Shown in pieces: positions 9,001 through 16,357 of a stretch of 50,927 bases of DNA. Below the pieces are notes generated by a model that had not been told where the DNA came from, ran no database searches, and worked only from the letters and a program-made list of their open reading frames with translations. Within the stretch, counting starts at the first letter, position 1; each line of letters opens with the position of its first letter. Made by a program: the position numbers and the translations under genes. The DNA is from Verrucomicrobiota bacterium (lineage in GTDB: Bacteria; Verrucomicrobiota; Verrucomicrobiia; Opitutales; Coraliomargaritaceae), in NCBI GenBank assembly GCA_039815375.1, contig JBCBZJ010000022.1, positions 1-50,927 of the forward strand, given 5' to 3'.

Positions 9001-11966
9001 GATGCGTCAAAACTACCTTCGCTCAATTCTAGACCAAATGTCCCATCTCCAGCAATGAGACCGAAGGATGCGCCAGTGACTTCAGCATAGGTAGTCGCGT
9101 TAACACCCATCCGAGCTGTCAGATCATTACCAAGTGCAACAATGTCGGAATTCTCGATGCGGAATCCAAGATCGCCTTCCAAACTTACGAAGTCCGCAAT
9201 GTTGGCTTCAAACCCTGCAACTGAGAATGCGATCGTATCTGCAGCGATCTCATTTTCAAATGTGTAGCTGGAATCACCCGCTGTAACTGTTGTGGTATCA
9301 CCACCAGCGCTGACTACAGTGTTGGAATTTGTATATTGGACGAAAACACTATCTGCACTCACATCCGCAAGCGGACCGAGTTTTAGATCGAAACTACCGT
9401 TGCTTAGTTCAAAAGCAAATTGGTCAGCCGTATCACCGAACAATCCAAAATCAGCATTTTCAACTCGGACGTACACATCCGAAGTTACTTCCAGAGATGC
9501 TGTGACATCGTCACCCGTTCCCACGAATTGGGTCACACCATCCTGTGTGTTACGGGCAAACCCGAAAGTTCCGCTCAAAGAAACGAAGTCGGCAACATCG
9601 ATGGTCAGATCTCCACTGATTTCCTCAAGTGCCCCCAGACTTCCATCGAAATCCAGATCAATACTTGAGGATGGGCCAGTCGCTACGGTCAAAGGCGTTG
9701 CTGAAAAATCAAGAACGCTGCCGTCCTCTGCTTCTCGGTTCAGCTTTGCATTCGCTGCACCCGCAGAAAGTGTCAGTGCACTAAACCCGACAAAAGAAAT
9801 TGAGTCGGCAATTGCGCTAAGTGCAATCCACTGACGGAAATCACCCCCCTGCTCGACGGCAAAAATTAAAGCAAGATCGAGATTATCCAGATCGAGCCCC
9901 AAGGCACCATTATCAATACCAGCAAATCCGCTGACATCGTTCGCCCCTACTGTAAGTAAATCTGTCGTGACATCAGCCGTCACATTATTCGCGAATACCG
10001 GAAGATCTGCTTCAGATCTTGAAAACGCGAAATCACCATCCAGCTGGAAGAAACCGAAAAGGTCGATGTCGACGTTTCCTGAAACTTCAAGTAACTCGCC
10101 ACGGCTTCCATCTAGATCCAGCGACAGGGTCGAGCTCGGACCAGTGGTGACCTCAAGACTGTCTGTGGAATAATCGACAACAGTTTCATCGGAAGCTGCA
10201 CGGTTAATCGCCACCGTCAGCGCAGTCGCTGTGACAGTAACTCCATCGATACCGGAAAATCCACTGCTGTCCGCACTAGCCTGAAGACTGAGCCAAGAAC
10301 GAAGACCGGAGCCAGTTCCAATCTCGGAGAAAATCGCTAGAGCAAATTCCAGATTTTGAAGACCAAATCCGACCGCATTCGCGGTGCCGCCATTAAGACC
10401 GACGAAGGAACTAATTCCAGAGCCACCTAAGACCAACTTGTCGACCGAAACAGTATCGCCGTCGGAAAGCAGAACACTATCGCTGCTCTTCTCGATTGCG
10501 AAACTACCGCTCAGCGCGATAAAGCCAAACAAGTCGATGTCCATGTTTCCGCTCGCCTCAAGCAACTCGCCACGATCGGAATCCATATCAAAAGTGATAC
10601 TGCTACTTGCACCGGTTGCGATCGTCAGGCCTTGAGTTGCGTAGTCCACAAGCCGGCCATCAGCACTCATCTGATTGACAACGACATCTATAGCATTCGC
10701 GGTAATGTCGACGCCAGACAGTCCACTGAATGTGACCTCATCAGCACTCAACTGGAGACTGGTCCAAAAACGGGAAAAATCAGAACTGTCGCTCAACAGG
10801 GCAAACGCCAAATCTACATTGGTCAGGCTCAGCCCGATTGCATCATCAGTGCCACCGTTCAAACCAGCGAATACGGAAAGGTCGCTCGATCCAAACTGTA
10901 AAGTATTTACCGAAACGGCAGATGCATCATCAAGAGTAACTGACTCAGTAGAGTTGGTGAACGCGAAGTCTCCCAAAATCTCAACAAAACCAAACGCGCT
11001 CAGCTCTGCACCATCAACCTGCACCTCGACGAAAGGCGCAGTTCCTGCAGCGGGCATTTCTGAGAAGGTAAAGTTGCTCCCGGCAACCGAAAGAGCCTGC
11101 CCAGTCAAGACATCATCGGTTTCGTTTAGTTTGAGCACGACCGAATCAGCACTAAGCTCAAGACCCGAGGGAAGATCGCTGTCCAGCGTGCCGATTGCCT
11201 CTAAGGCAATCTTGCTATCAGCATCGATAAAGAGGCCAAAGGAAGCGTCAGATACCCCGATTTGGAAGTCACCAGCTTTGATACTAGCATCGATTCCATC
11301 ACCAATTGCAGTCAAAGTACCGCTTACGTCATCACCCTCAAAAGCGAGGCTTCCTTCATAAGCGACGACCCCTAAATTGAAAGAAAATGGGTTACTTTCG
11401 TTACCGATCAAGATTTGGTCGAAGTCTGAAATGAAGTCCAAATCGCCCACATCTAAAGTGAAGTCTCCGATCGCACCCTCACCAATTCCGATCAGCGCAG
11501 AAGGGTTTGCAGTTGGAGTCAGATCGAGAACAGAGGTCGTCGTCGGATCGAGTGTAAGGTAATCTGGATAAATGAATTCCAACAGGGAAACCGGATCGGC
11601 GGAGACTGTCATTACGACAGATTCTTGAGCCGCAAAAAAGACGCGGGAAGGGGCCTCTTCAGCGGAATCTTCCGAATCAGTAGAACTAGGATCTTCAGGC
11701 TCTGACAAAATTTCTGAGGCACCCTCGAAAAGAGAGTCTTCAGTATCACCGATCTCATCCCAGCCGTATTCTGAGTCAAATCCGTCGCCTGATTCACCAG
11801 CTTCGGAGCCACCTATCTTCTCTGCCTCAATAATCATCGAAGTCGAAAGATCGTCGATCTCATCAACCTCTTCACCTGCCAATGCCCCATCCGACGGTAC
11901 AGCCGAAAGCAGAATGCGCTGTTCAAGCGCCTCTACTCGAAATGAGCGACGGTTAATCTTAGACAT
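3..11966 (-). CDS. Giant repetitive LEPRxLL-motif surface/exoprotein, >3980 aa, 3' end beyond the window
   Basis: Manual translation from ATG at 11966 gives MSKINRRSFRVEALEQRILLSAVP. The same frame at the window edge reads ...EDAIGVTINNVDFAMAMMS, matching the internal repeat motif. The ORF track lists no long minus-strand ORF here, as expected if the frame has no stop before the window edge. Confidence 0.9.
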   Translation of the reverse strand, partial: MSKINRRSFRVEALEQRILLSAVPSDGALAGEEVDEIDDLSTSMIIEAEKIGGSEAGESGDGFDSEYGWDEIGDTEDSLFEGASEILSEPEDPSSTDSEDSAEEAPSRVFFAAQESVVMTVSADPVSLLEFIYPDYLTLDPTTTSVLDLTPTANPSALIGIGEGAIGDFTLDVGDLDFISDFDQILIGNESNPFSFNLGVVAYEGSLAFEGDDVSGTLTAIGDGIDASIKAGDFQIGVSDASFGLFIDADSKIALEAIGTLDSDLPSGLELSADSVVLKLNETDDVLTGQALSVAGSNFTFSEMPAAGTAPFVEVQVDGAELSAFGFVEILGDFAFTNSTESVTLDDASAVSVNTLQFGSSDLSVFAGLNGGTDDAIGLSLTNVDLAFALLSDSSDFSRFWTSLQLSADEVTFSGLSGVDITANAIDVVVNQMSADGRLVDYATQGLTIATGASSSITFDMDSDRGELLEASGNMDIDLFGFIALSGSFAIEKSSDSVLLSDGDTVSVDKLVLGGSGISSFVGLNGGTANAVGFGLQNLEFALAIFSEIGTGSGLRSWLSLQASADSSGFSGIDGVTVTATALTVAINRAASDETVVDYSTDSLEVTTGPSSTLSLDLDGSRGELLEVSGNVDIDLFGFFQLDGDFAFSRSEADLPVFANNVTADVTTDLLTVGANDVSGFAGIDNGALGLDLDNLDLALIFAVEQGGDFRQWIALSAIADSISFVGFSALTLSAGAANAKLNREAEDGSVLDFSATPLTVATGPSSSIDLDFDGSLGALEEISGDLTIDVADFVSLSGTFGFARNTQDGVTQFVGTGDDVTASLEVTSDVYVRVENADFGLFGDTADQFAFELSNGSFDLKLGPLADVSADSVFVQYTNSNTVVSAGGDTTTVTAGDSSYTFENEIAADTIAFSVAGFEANIADFVSLEGDLGFRIENSDIVALGNDLTARMGVNATTYAEVTGASFGLIAGDGTFGLELSEGSFDASVAGLTNVSATGVVLRYTDINTSIAANSSIEVGGISYIFEEAISADTVLFQVTGFSAGAFSVASFSGNLAFRKVSNEIRAIGSNVSARLGTGPVTVGLDSGAFGIVINEDGFALEASGSVFFDGGPIASVSADEAILRINTTGALWTGEEIEIDSQTYTFQDVAASTDLTVVELIGLEASLLSSVYIRGDFAFEADGVENTLTAVGADIEAGIQVGDFEVGVTNGSFGLLFDDAGTMALEVQGSIFSDLPADLELSADSVVFKVNETDTDLTGETLTVSGTSYTFGDLPAAGSSPFVQLQVSGANLSAFGFVNITGDFAFTSSTETVTLDDASVVTVDALLLGSSGLSVFAGLNGGTDDAIGLSLTNVDLAFALLSDSADSARFWTSLQLSANEVTFSGIPGVEISADTIDVAVNQMSADDRLVDYSTQGLTISTGTSSSITLDMNSDRGELLEASGNLEVDLFGFFTLTGSFALEKSSDSVVLSDGDTVSVDKLTFGGSNINSFVGINGGTADAVGFGLQNLDFALAILSENNVGSAAATRSWISLQANADSDGFTGIDGVSVTATALTVAINRAASDGTVVDYATESLEVATGPSTTFSLDMDGSRGELLEVSGTVTIDLFGFFQLNGDFAFSKSEETVSVYESGSTTDVDVDLLTIGANDVNAFAGIDGSLGFNLSDVDFAIAFAVEQGGDARKWTALQADASSAAFVGLDGLTLAAGDISVIVNKVADDGSTLDFSTTALTVATGPTSSTDLTMDGSRGNIEEIRGDLTIDVAGFVSLSGTFAFGRTVQGATSEFIGMGENITASLNVSDSIYVRSEGANFGLFSNSDGELAFELSDGNLALQLGPLANVSADSILIQYTNASTTVSAGGDAKTISAAGLTYTFDEEIAADTVAFAVAGFSADIVNFLTIEGDLGFRKAGTDIIAVGANLRTGLELNDSVYVRLSNAGFGLIAGQGTFGFEFSGGTLDVALGPLANVTVGSVSVQYTNTVTLIAEDQETLTVGGISYDFSGEIKANTIAFSLGDFRAEILNFITLEGNIGFSKSGDAITAVGSEISASLEASDSVYVRVEDAAFGMLVDADGFGFEISQGSLNVALGPLANVEATSVFVQYTDATRTFDEGDVIVAGTESYTISNAAVAGTVSFAVSGLSADVLGFVGLTGNFGFSKSGGEIIAVGTQITTGLEISDSIFARIVDASFGLVASDDNFVFEVGGGTFEFGLGPLAELTVATVVVRYASETGTGIAADRVLSVGPVIYTFEEAIDAGEIGIFLDGVTANVLDFVHVSGSLSIEKTSATVTLSDASSVDVDVLTIGGASINIFAGVGFGTDDAVGLSLENIGFGLALFNDSDDPGRSWSALTASASALGFVGISDFLPTGSNVLVEMNQAASDDTVIDFSGANAFSIATGVTTTVDLTTDGALGEFIRAEADVSFRLFDFIYIEGRFGFERLTPTASIVLSNGLPVPSASMLAITGQGIDAFVGYADGGIDSSLTFAEQSDNLYGFGVEGLDFGLLLTRTVGKTYTSFRADMDTLQVYGFDTDIFELSFTDASFQANMAPANGPAIDFIESFGEDGFSVGSGEAVTFDFTGKRLGVYFGNATLALGDFVYFSGAIAFEQADYGNSLSASSGNLPALPVVAARGFSVGGSDITAFVGYADGGIDRDQTLAEQADNLYGFGVDSLSFGYLNVRDAGGTVYHALKATAAEVALYGFDADEFELSAKDISIIFNQSTHPSNTLDFSDDSLDVPTGGEPVTFDFKGKRIGVYVGEATLTISQFVYLRGAIAFEQGSFGTLIGQNNLPITNTRGFSIGGADIDVFIGYASEPLDLDQPFADQQDNLFGFGAEDIDFGLVLVQSGAVRYTALRASVDTVAVYGLDADDFQLSVTGAELNVNFASGAASPINWVTSFSDTNGLEVQTGGDPVLLDMTGEVIGVSLDEAILQISEFVYLQGSFAFTKGATSTISVTTVGNVRIDDVKVNSIEIGASGVQAFVGLNGPYRTVENGVLSDPNEDALGLVVDNLTFGMALMLAQRNILAPASNVVVGTKFIALKATADQVGFVGFEDIIDLSLQDVLVGVNFSNNPLFTADLTEGGTTAGYSVATGTTTDPVVLDYTTDLIEATVGTATAKIAGILSIEGGVTFQRKTISDVDFRLPGTTVTADASALIIAGQDVDAFAGIDIDGGPRIGFEVVDLDFAFAMLTPTLGGGQTLPANFFALSATADSVGLVGTSPFVTLEAEDVIFEFNGAFFNGYPVPFTYVDFTSLNNGLGLDIPIGTLGDSLNIDYDSNFLRVAMTGRIGLFDLFEFETTFDFAFELPDTGDLIPVISLSGLLDLVPEFPVGAPQWLIDGFDSLKNINLSIGINGIIGSIELPNLSINIGDFIHMRGDFTLTIGESFTADMATSLPSDISGIQDVLSTALGDDFQTFLDLLDTLGVDPTDYSVIPDVTFEGVSFGATDVSIFVGVGTPNFDVPLSEQGDLVGFGIQNVDVALGFYQADLPSFFSPKKVLSLAVTAEELGVYGFEDLMEIFGQDVSVDLNIGGELIGDIVTARPIYNTVRSDIEADDDGTFYIPARVLGEVGIKNSSSSTNFNLTADQNSAQAIDAIRNAFAELDGIDIGDVVVTGSRLDGYEVSLTSANAAALMEDTTVTLPALEVETGGAPAYLNHDGNELIRLEIAEARVTIANFFYLSGSLAFEKGPVYNVNLATGIPATLGSALGSLGLDSLASAVGSVAGVTIGENFSTIENLPMESLSLGGANLKAFAGIGDFDFDKSFAEQDDFFGFAIDDLNFAVSMFTSAFPIPNFPTLIAATAEASEFAFQAGASEVMKLTGQDIRFNLNLGSKWSGTPFNPALDFESTFPGDLNEGVPPGFRVSTGDPENPIYIDFDGNTRIGVEIGFAEIEVFDFLYLSGSFAFELGPTAVVDIEPGFLAELSVPTIAQEVEILTIGAKDVNGFAGIGGPYRTDTDGDGDIDDDDDVNEDAIGVTINNVDFAMAMMS
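5900..11360 (-). repeat. ~2.92-kb intragenic tandem super-repeat (about 5900-8450 vs 8820-11360) built from ~140-160 aa sub-repeats
   Basis: Anchors: cggaagccaagatcgccttc at 6241 vs cggaatccaagatcgccttc at 9160 (offset 2919), and agcaactcaccacgatcgga at 7645 vs agcaactcgccacgatcgga at 10561 (offset 2916). Boundaries are approximate. Confidence 0.8.
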
Positions 11967-12097
11967 GCAGAATGGTTTTAAACTTTTCCGAATGTCGGTT
12001 AAACCTACTAATTGAATTCTAGGCAAGTTTTTAAAAAATTTGGGTAGTTTTCTTCATTACGGATCTTGCTAAAAGCGCATTCTCATCAAAATGGGCG

Positions 12098-14155
12098 TTA
12101 ATCAGATTCATTCTTCGTCGCCGATTTGGCTCCTCCCCCAATAACAGATTTTGCAATTTCCCGGTCCTGTTTCATAAGTTGAAAACGCTGTTTTTGAGCG
12201 TTTTTTTCTGCCCTTCGCTGACTAGAACGGAAACCTAACGAAAGAAGCAAACGCCTCCCTGGAAGACCGAGACGCAGCGATTGACGAAGAAGGACCTGCA
12301 TTAGCCAGCCAAGGTGGCGCTGATAGAGCTCATCATCGAATGACGCAAATAAACGAGAGCTTCCGCGACCTCCCTGCCGGCCTGCACGACCACGGAGCTG
12401 ACGATCTACCCTCGCAGACCCATGCCCCTCGGTGATAATAACATGAAGCCCTCCGGTCTCTTCGACCTTTTTAGAGATGCGGATATCGCTACCACGGCCC
12501 GCCATATTGGTGGCAATCGTGATAGCACGATCGTCTCCAGCTCGGAGAATAATCTCTGCTTCCTGATCATGGCGCACTGCGTTCAGAATTTTACATTCGA
12601 GGTGACGCGCCTTAAGCATCGCACCAAGATTTTCACTTGCCTCGACACTGCGTGTGCCAACCAAAACGGGCCTTCCTGCTCCATTATATGCGATAATCTC
12701 CTCGAGAACCGCAGCCCACTTTTCTTCCTCCCGGGTGTAATATGCGGCGGATAGATCTTCTCTAATGTTTGGGAGATGATAGGGCACCTTGATCAGTGGT
12801 AACTCGTAGATCCGCCAAAATTCGCGCCACGACTCAAATGCCGTCCCAGTAATGCCAGATAAGTGATTAAAATATCGGTAGAAATTTTGAAAACTTAGAC
12901 GAGCCAGGGTTTCTGAAGGCGGCGAAATTTCACAACCCTCTTTCGCCTCCACCGCTTGATGTAAGCCAAGCCTCCAGTTTCGCCCCGGCATCGGTCGCCC
13001 TGTGAACTCATCGACGATAACAACTTTTCCATCCACAATAACATATTGCTTATCCTTCAAGAAAAAGTGCCTCGCCTGAAGCGACTGTAAAACTAGATCG
13101 GCAAACCAGTCGGCGGCGGAGAGCAAGCCAGAGCGCGATTCACACCATTCATCCACATATTGTCTTCCCGATTCATTCAGACGGATCTCTTTAAAACGTT
13201 CGTTCACGTCGTAATGCTCACCAGGCAGAAGCGAAGAGGCGCATTGATCGACATCAAGACACGCCTCCCGCATCGCATCATTCTCTTGCTTTCTGCTAAT
13301 AATTAGAGGAGTCACCGCCTCATCAATCAACTGGTTATCCGCCTCATCAACGATTGCCGTATGCAGCCCCCGCAGAACAAGCTGATCTCGCCAGCGACGG
13401 CGGCGGAGCAGAAAAGTCATCGCTCGTCGCCTGGATTCAGCCAGCGGCCCTAGAAGAATTTGATCCCGCAAGTAATCAGCAACCAGCTCTTTACCCGTAC
13501 AGTAGACCACTGCTGCGCGATAGGCTGCACGCCGCTGCGGCCCTTCAAAGTCGGCCTGAATTGAAGCAACCGATAGCCCACAAAATTTGTAAAATGCCGA
13601 AAGATCCGCTGCATCTCGCTCAGCAAGATAATCATTGGCTGTGATTACGTGGCAGGGCTTACCTGAAAAGCCAGCCACAGCTGCAGCCAATGCAATCGTG
13701 AGTGTTTTACCTTCTCCGGTGGCCATTTCCACAAGACTCCCGCGCCCGATGCCAATTGCTCCCATTATCTGCGTGGGATATGCAGTCAGCCCCAAACTGC
13801 GACGAGCCGCTTCAGCAACGAGCGGCAAAGCGTTTCCAACCTGCTCCGGCCAGTCTGCACCTCTTCTCCGGACTTGTTCGCGCACGCTAACTAGACGAGA
13901 TCTCAGTTCGCTTTCAGAAAGTGACGCTAAAGATTCTCTCTCCGCATTAATTTCACCCGCTTCAGTCCAGAGTTTTTTGCTACAGACCGAACGAGACTTC
14001 CACTGACCAATCGTACCATGATACAATCCATCTAAACCAGACGGCACCGGCTCTACTCGCCTTGCCTCCGTCCGTCGCCCCTCATTGCGGGGCGCAGAAA
14101 AACGAACAGCACTTGGAATAGAAGACGGGCTCTTCTGGTTCGAAGTATGATTCAT
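12098..14155 (-). CDS. Accessory SecA-like DEAD ATPase (C-terminally short SecA paralog)
   Basis: MATGEGKT Walker A, TANDYLAERDA, IVDEAD, GLHQAVEAKE, TIATNMAGRG, RVDRQLRGRAGRQG; 685 aa. Confidence 0.93.
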   Translation of the reverse strand: MNHTSNQKSPSSIPSAVRFSAPRNEGRRTEARRVEPVPSGLDGLYHGTIGQWKSRSVCSKKLWTEAGEINAERESLASLSESELRSRLVSVREQVRRRGADWPEQVGNALPLVAEAARRSLGLTAYPTQIMGAIGIGRGSLVEMATGEGKTLTIALAAAVAGFSGKPCHVITANDYLAERDAADLSAFYKFCGLSVASIQADFEGPQRRAAYRAAVVYCTGKELVADYLRDQILLGPLAESRRRAMTFLLRRRRWRDQLVLRGLHTAIVDEADNQLIDEAVTPLIISRKQENDAMREACLDVDQCASSLLPGEHYDVNERFKEIRLNESGRQYVDEWCESRSGLLSAADWFADLVLQSLQARHFFLKDKQYVIVDGKVVIVDEFTGRPMPGRNWRLGLHQAVEAKEGCEISPPSETLARLSFQNFYRYFNHLSGITGTAFESWREFWRIYELPLIKVPYHLPNIREDLSAAYYTREEEKWAAVLEEIIAYNGAGRPVLVGTRSVEASENLGAMLKARHLECKILNAVRHDQEAEIILRAGDDRAITIATNMAGRGSDIRISKKVEETGGLHVIITEGHGSARVDRQLRGRAGRQGGRGSSRLFASFDDELYQRHLGWLMQVLLRQSLRLGLPGRRLLLSLGFRSSQRRAEKNAQKQRFQLMKQDREIAKSVIGGGAKSATKNESD

Positions 14156-14191
14156 ATCCAGTTCAGAAAAAGTAAAATAGAACCCGCCAAA

Positions 14192-16336
14192 TTAAAGCTG
14201 AAAACGTTTCTGCACGGTTTGTCGGAACTTTCGATACCATTGCTGCAGATAGGGCTCGTTATCGACGCGAAACCGAGCCACTCCAATCCGACCGTGATGC
14301 AGAGAATCTGACTGACCAGGCACGTCCAACATAACCAAAAAGAACGGCTCAGCAGCACGCACGCCATCCGGATCATCGTCTCTAACACGCACTGGCCCCC
14401 CAGCGCGCCAACCCAAAGCCGGACTCGGCAAAAATTCTTGCCGACCAGGAACGATACTCAAATCCTTCGGAACCACTAGGTCACCCGCACTGCCCGGAAA
14501 CCGAAGAGACATCTCATAGAGGTCCTGTTCAAAGAGTAAATTAACGTTCTGCTGCGAAACGACTGCAAAGAAGCGCCAATCCCCGAGCGGCACACTTTCG
14601 CCGACAATTTCTCCACGATTCACCCAACGCTGATAGTGCTCCCGCGGTTGCAGCATAGCAAGTCGCCCACTCGAAGAAACTTTGACATACATCGCTGCCT
14701 CCTGCTCTTCCAATTCTTCGATACGAATATCGTTTGCGCGACGTCGCTCACGAAGCACCTCACGTCCAAGGCCCTCTCGGGAGAGTTGCAAGCGATCGAC
14801 AGCACTAATTTGCTCACGCTCCGCTTCGAGCTCACGGCGGCGCAAAGGGAGCTCTGGATTACGCAATCTCAGCACAGTAACACCGGCTTCCGCCTCCTGA
14901 GGAACCAGATCATCATTATCGATATAGCCGCTACTTTGAGCCACTATAAAAGCAGCGTCTTCTGCAAAAGCGACCCCCGGCGCACGAAAATAACGCGGTG
15001 CCGGAATCAAACCCAGCAAAACAAAAACAAGAGCAAGAGTCCCAAAAGTAACCAAATATGCTCGCAGACGAACACGCTCGATTCGCGGCTCGCTCACCAG
15101 GAATTTTATACCCTTATACAAAGGTATAATGAAGAGCCCTATTATTGTGAGAACTGCGGCAAGGAAGCCTAAACCGAGATAACGGTCAGCCACAAACATC
15201 ACGATAACATAGGTAATGTAGACCCGAAACAACCAGCTGGCTACACCGAAACAGGCGAGCCAGACTGCGTCTCCTCGACCAGAGGAAGGGCTCTGCGAGT
15301 GGCGGCCTCCAAATGCGTAGTGCTCCACAAAATGACCAATCTGCTGCATACTACGAGATTGCAGGTTCGGGCTGTCTGTGAGGTCCGATAGGATATAATA
15401 TCCATCGAACTTCAAAAGCGGATTGATATTAAATAGAATCGTGGACACAGACGCGACCAGCATCAGGTTAAAACACCACGAATTCAACAAACCAGGGCCC
15501 GTATTTGCCCAGATGAACGCGGCAAACGCAGCCACGACCAGCTCGATTATCATGCCAGCAGCACCGACCCAAATCCGCTTCCACCGCTCCCGAAATGCCC
15601 ATGCAGCCGTCGCATCGACATAAGGAATCGGCGTAAAAACAAGAAAGGTGATACCCATCACGTGAACCTCACCTCCGAAGCGCTTCACAGCGTAGCCGTG
15701 TCCAAACTCGTGGATCAACTTCGCAAAAATAAATGCTAACAGCAGCAAAGGAAGATTTGACGGACTAAGTGCCCCTTGCCCCCTCGCGAAGAGCGCTTCC
15801 CAATTCGAGACAACGACTCCGAGAGCAGAACCAACCAACAGGAGCCAAGCGATCGCACCACCCAACGACAAAAAGGGGCGCACATAGGCAATCGTCCTGT
15901 TTAAAAAGACATCAGGATCGAAGAGTGGAATACGTAGAAAGAAAATTCCAAAAAGACGAGCCTTCCACTCTCTCGCATGTCGGCGTTTTTGCCTCTCAAA
16001 TAGCTGTACGACATCGGCCGGCAGGTCAGAGACAATGAGGTTGCTTTGGTATAGATTGGAAAGAATCTGAATCGCCTCACCCTGCCCCGGTGCTCGATCG
16101 CCATTTCGGTCGAGGCACGTCTGCCAAACTTCCTCGACAGACTTGCTACCATCAAGCCGAGCAATGAAATCCCAAGCTTCCGGACGGAAACGAAAAAATT
16201 GATCCCCATACAGATCGTTCGCGACATACCACTCCTGCCCTCTAAAGAACTGCTTTTGCACCCGCACGGATGGCCGAAGCCGTATCCTCTGGTTGGCAAC
16301 TCGATGCCAGGATTCACTAAATAGTTTACGTTCCAT
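14192..16336 (-). CDS. Peptidase M50 (site-2 protease) fused to HlyD-like adaptor region
   Basis: HEFGH zinc motif in a TM segment, NINPLLKFDGYY motif, multiple TM helices, C-terminal lipoyl/coiled-coil MFP-like part. Confidence 0.88.
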   Translation of the reverse strand: MERKLFSESWHRVANQRIRLRPSVRVQKQFFRGQEWYVANDLYGDQFFRFRPEAWDFIARLDGSKSVEEVWQTCLDRNGDRAPGQGEAIQILSNLYQSNLIVSDLPADVVQLFERQKRRHAREWKARLFGIFFLRIPLFDPDVFLNRTIAYVRPFLSLGGAIAWLLLVGSALGVVVSNWEALFARGQGALSPSNLPLLLLAFIFAKLIHEFGHGYAVKRFGGEVHVMGITFLVFTPIPYVDATAAWAFRERWKRIWVGAAGMIIELVVAAFAAFIWANTGPGLLNSWCFNLMLVASVSTILFNINPLLKFDGYYILSDLTDSPNLQSRSMQQIGHFVEHYAFGGRHSQSPSSGRGDAVWLACFGVASWLFRVYITYVIVMFVADRYLGLGFLAAVLTIIGLFIIPLYKGIKFLVSEPRIERVRLRAYLVTFGTLALVFVLLGLIPAPRYFRAPGVAFAEDAAFIVAQSSGYIDNDDLVPQEAEAGVTVLRLRNPELPLRRRELEAEREQISAVDRLQLSREGLGREVLRERRRANDIRIEELEEQEAAMYVKVSSSGRLAMLQPREHYQRWVNRGEIVGESVPLGDWRFFAVVSQQNVNLLFEQDLYEMSLRFPGSAGDLVVPKDLSIVPGRQEFLPSPALGWRAGGPVRVRDDDPDGVRAAEPFFLVMLDVPGQSDSLHHGRIGVARFRVDNEPYLQQWYRKFRQTVQKRFQL

Positions 16337-16357
16337 CTGATTCAGATTGATCGCTGG

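Noticed and set aside
31..11812. Dozens of short Ser/Pro/Lys-rich ORFs in the track
   Set aside because: They are antisense or off-frame shadows of the giant minus-strand gene.
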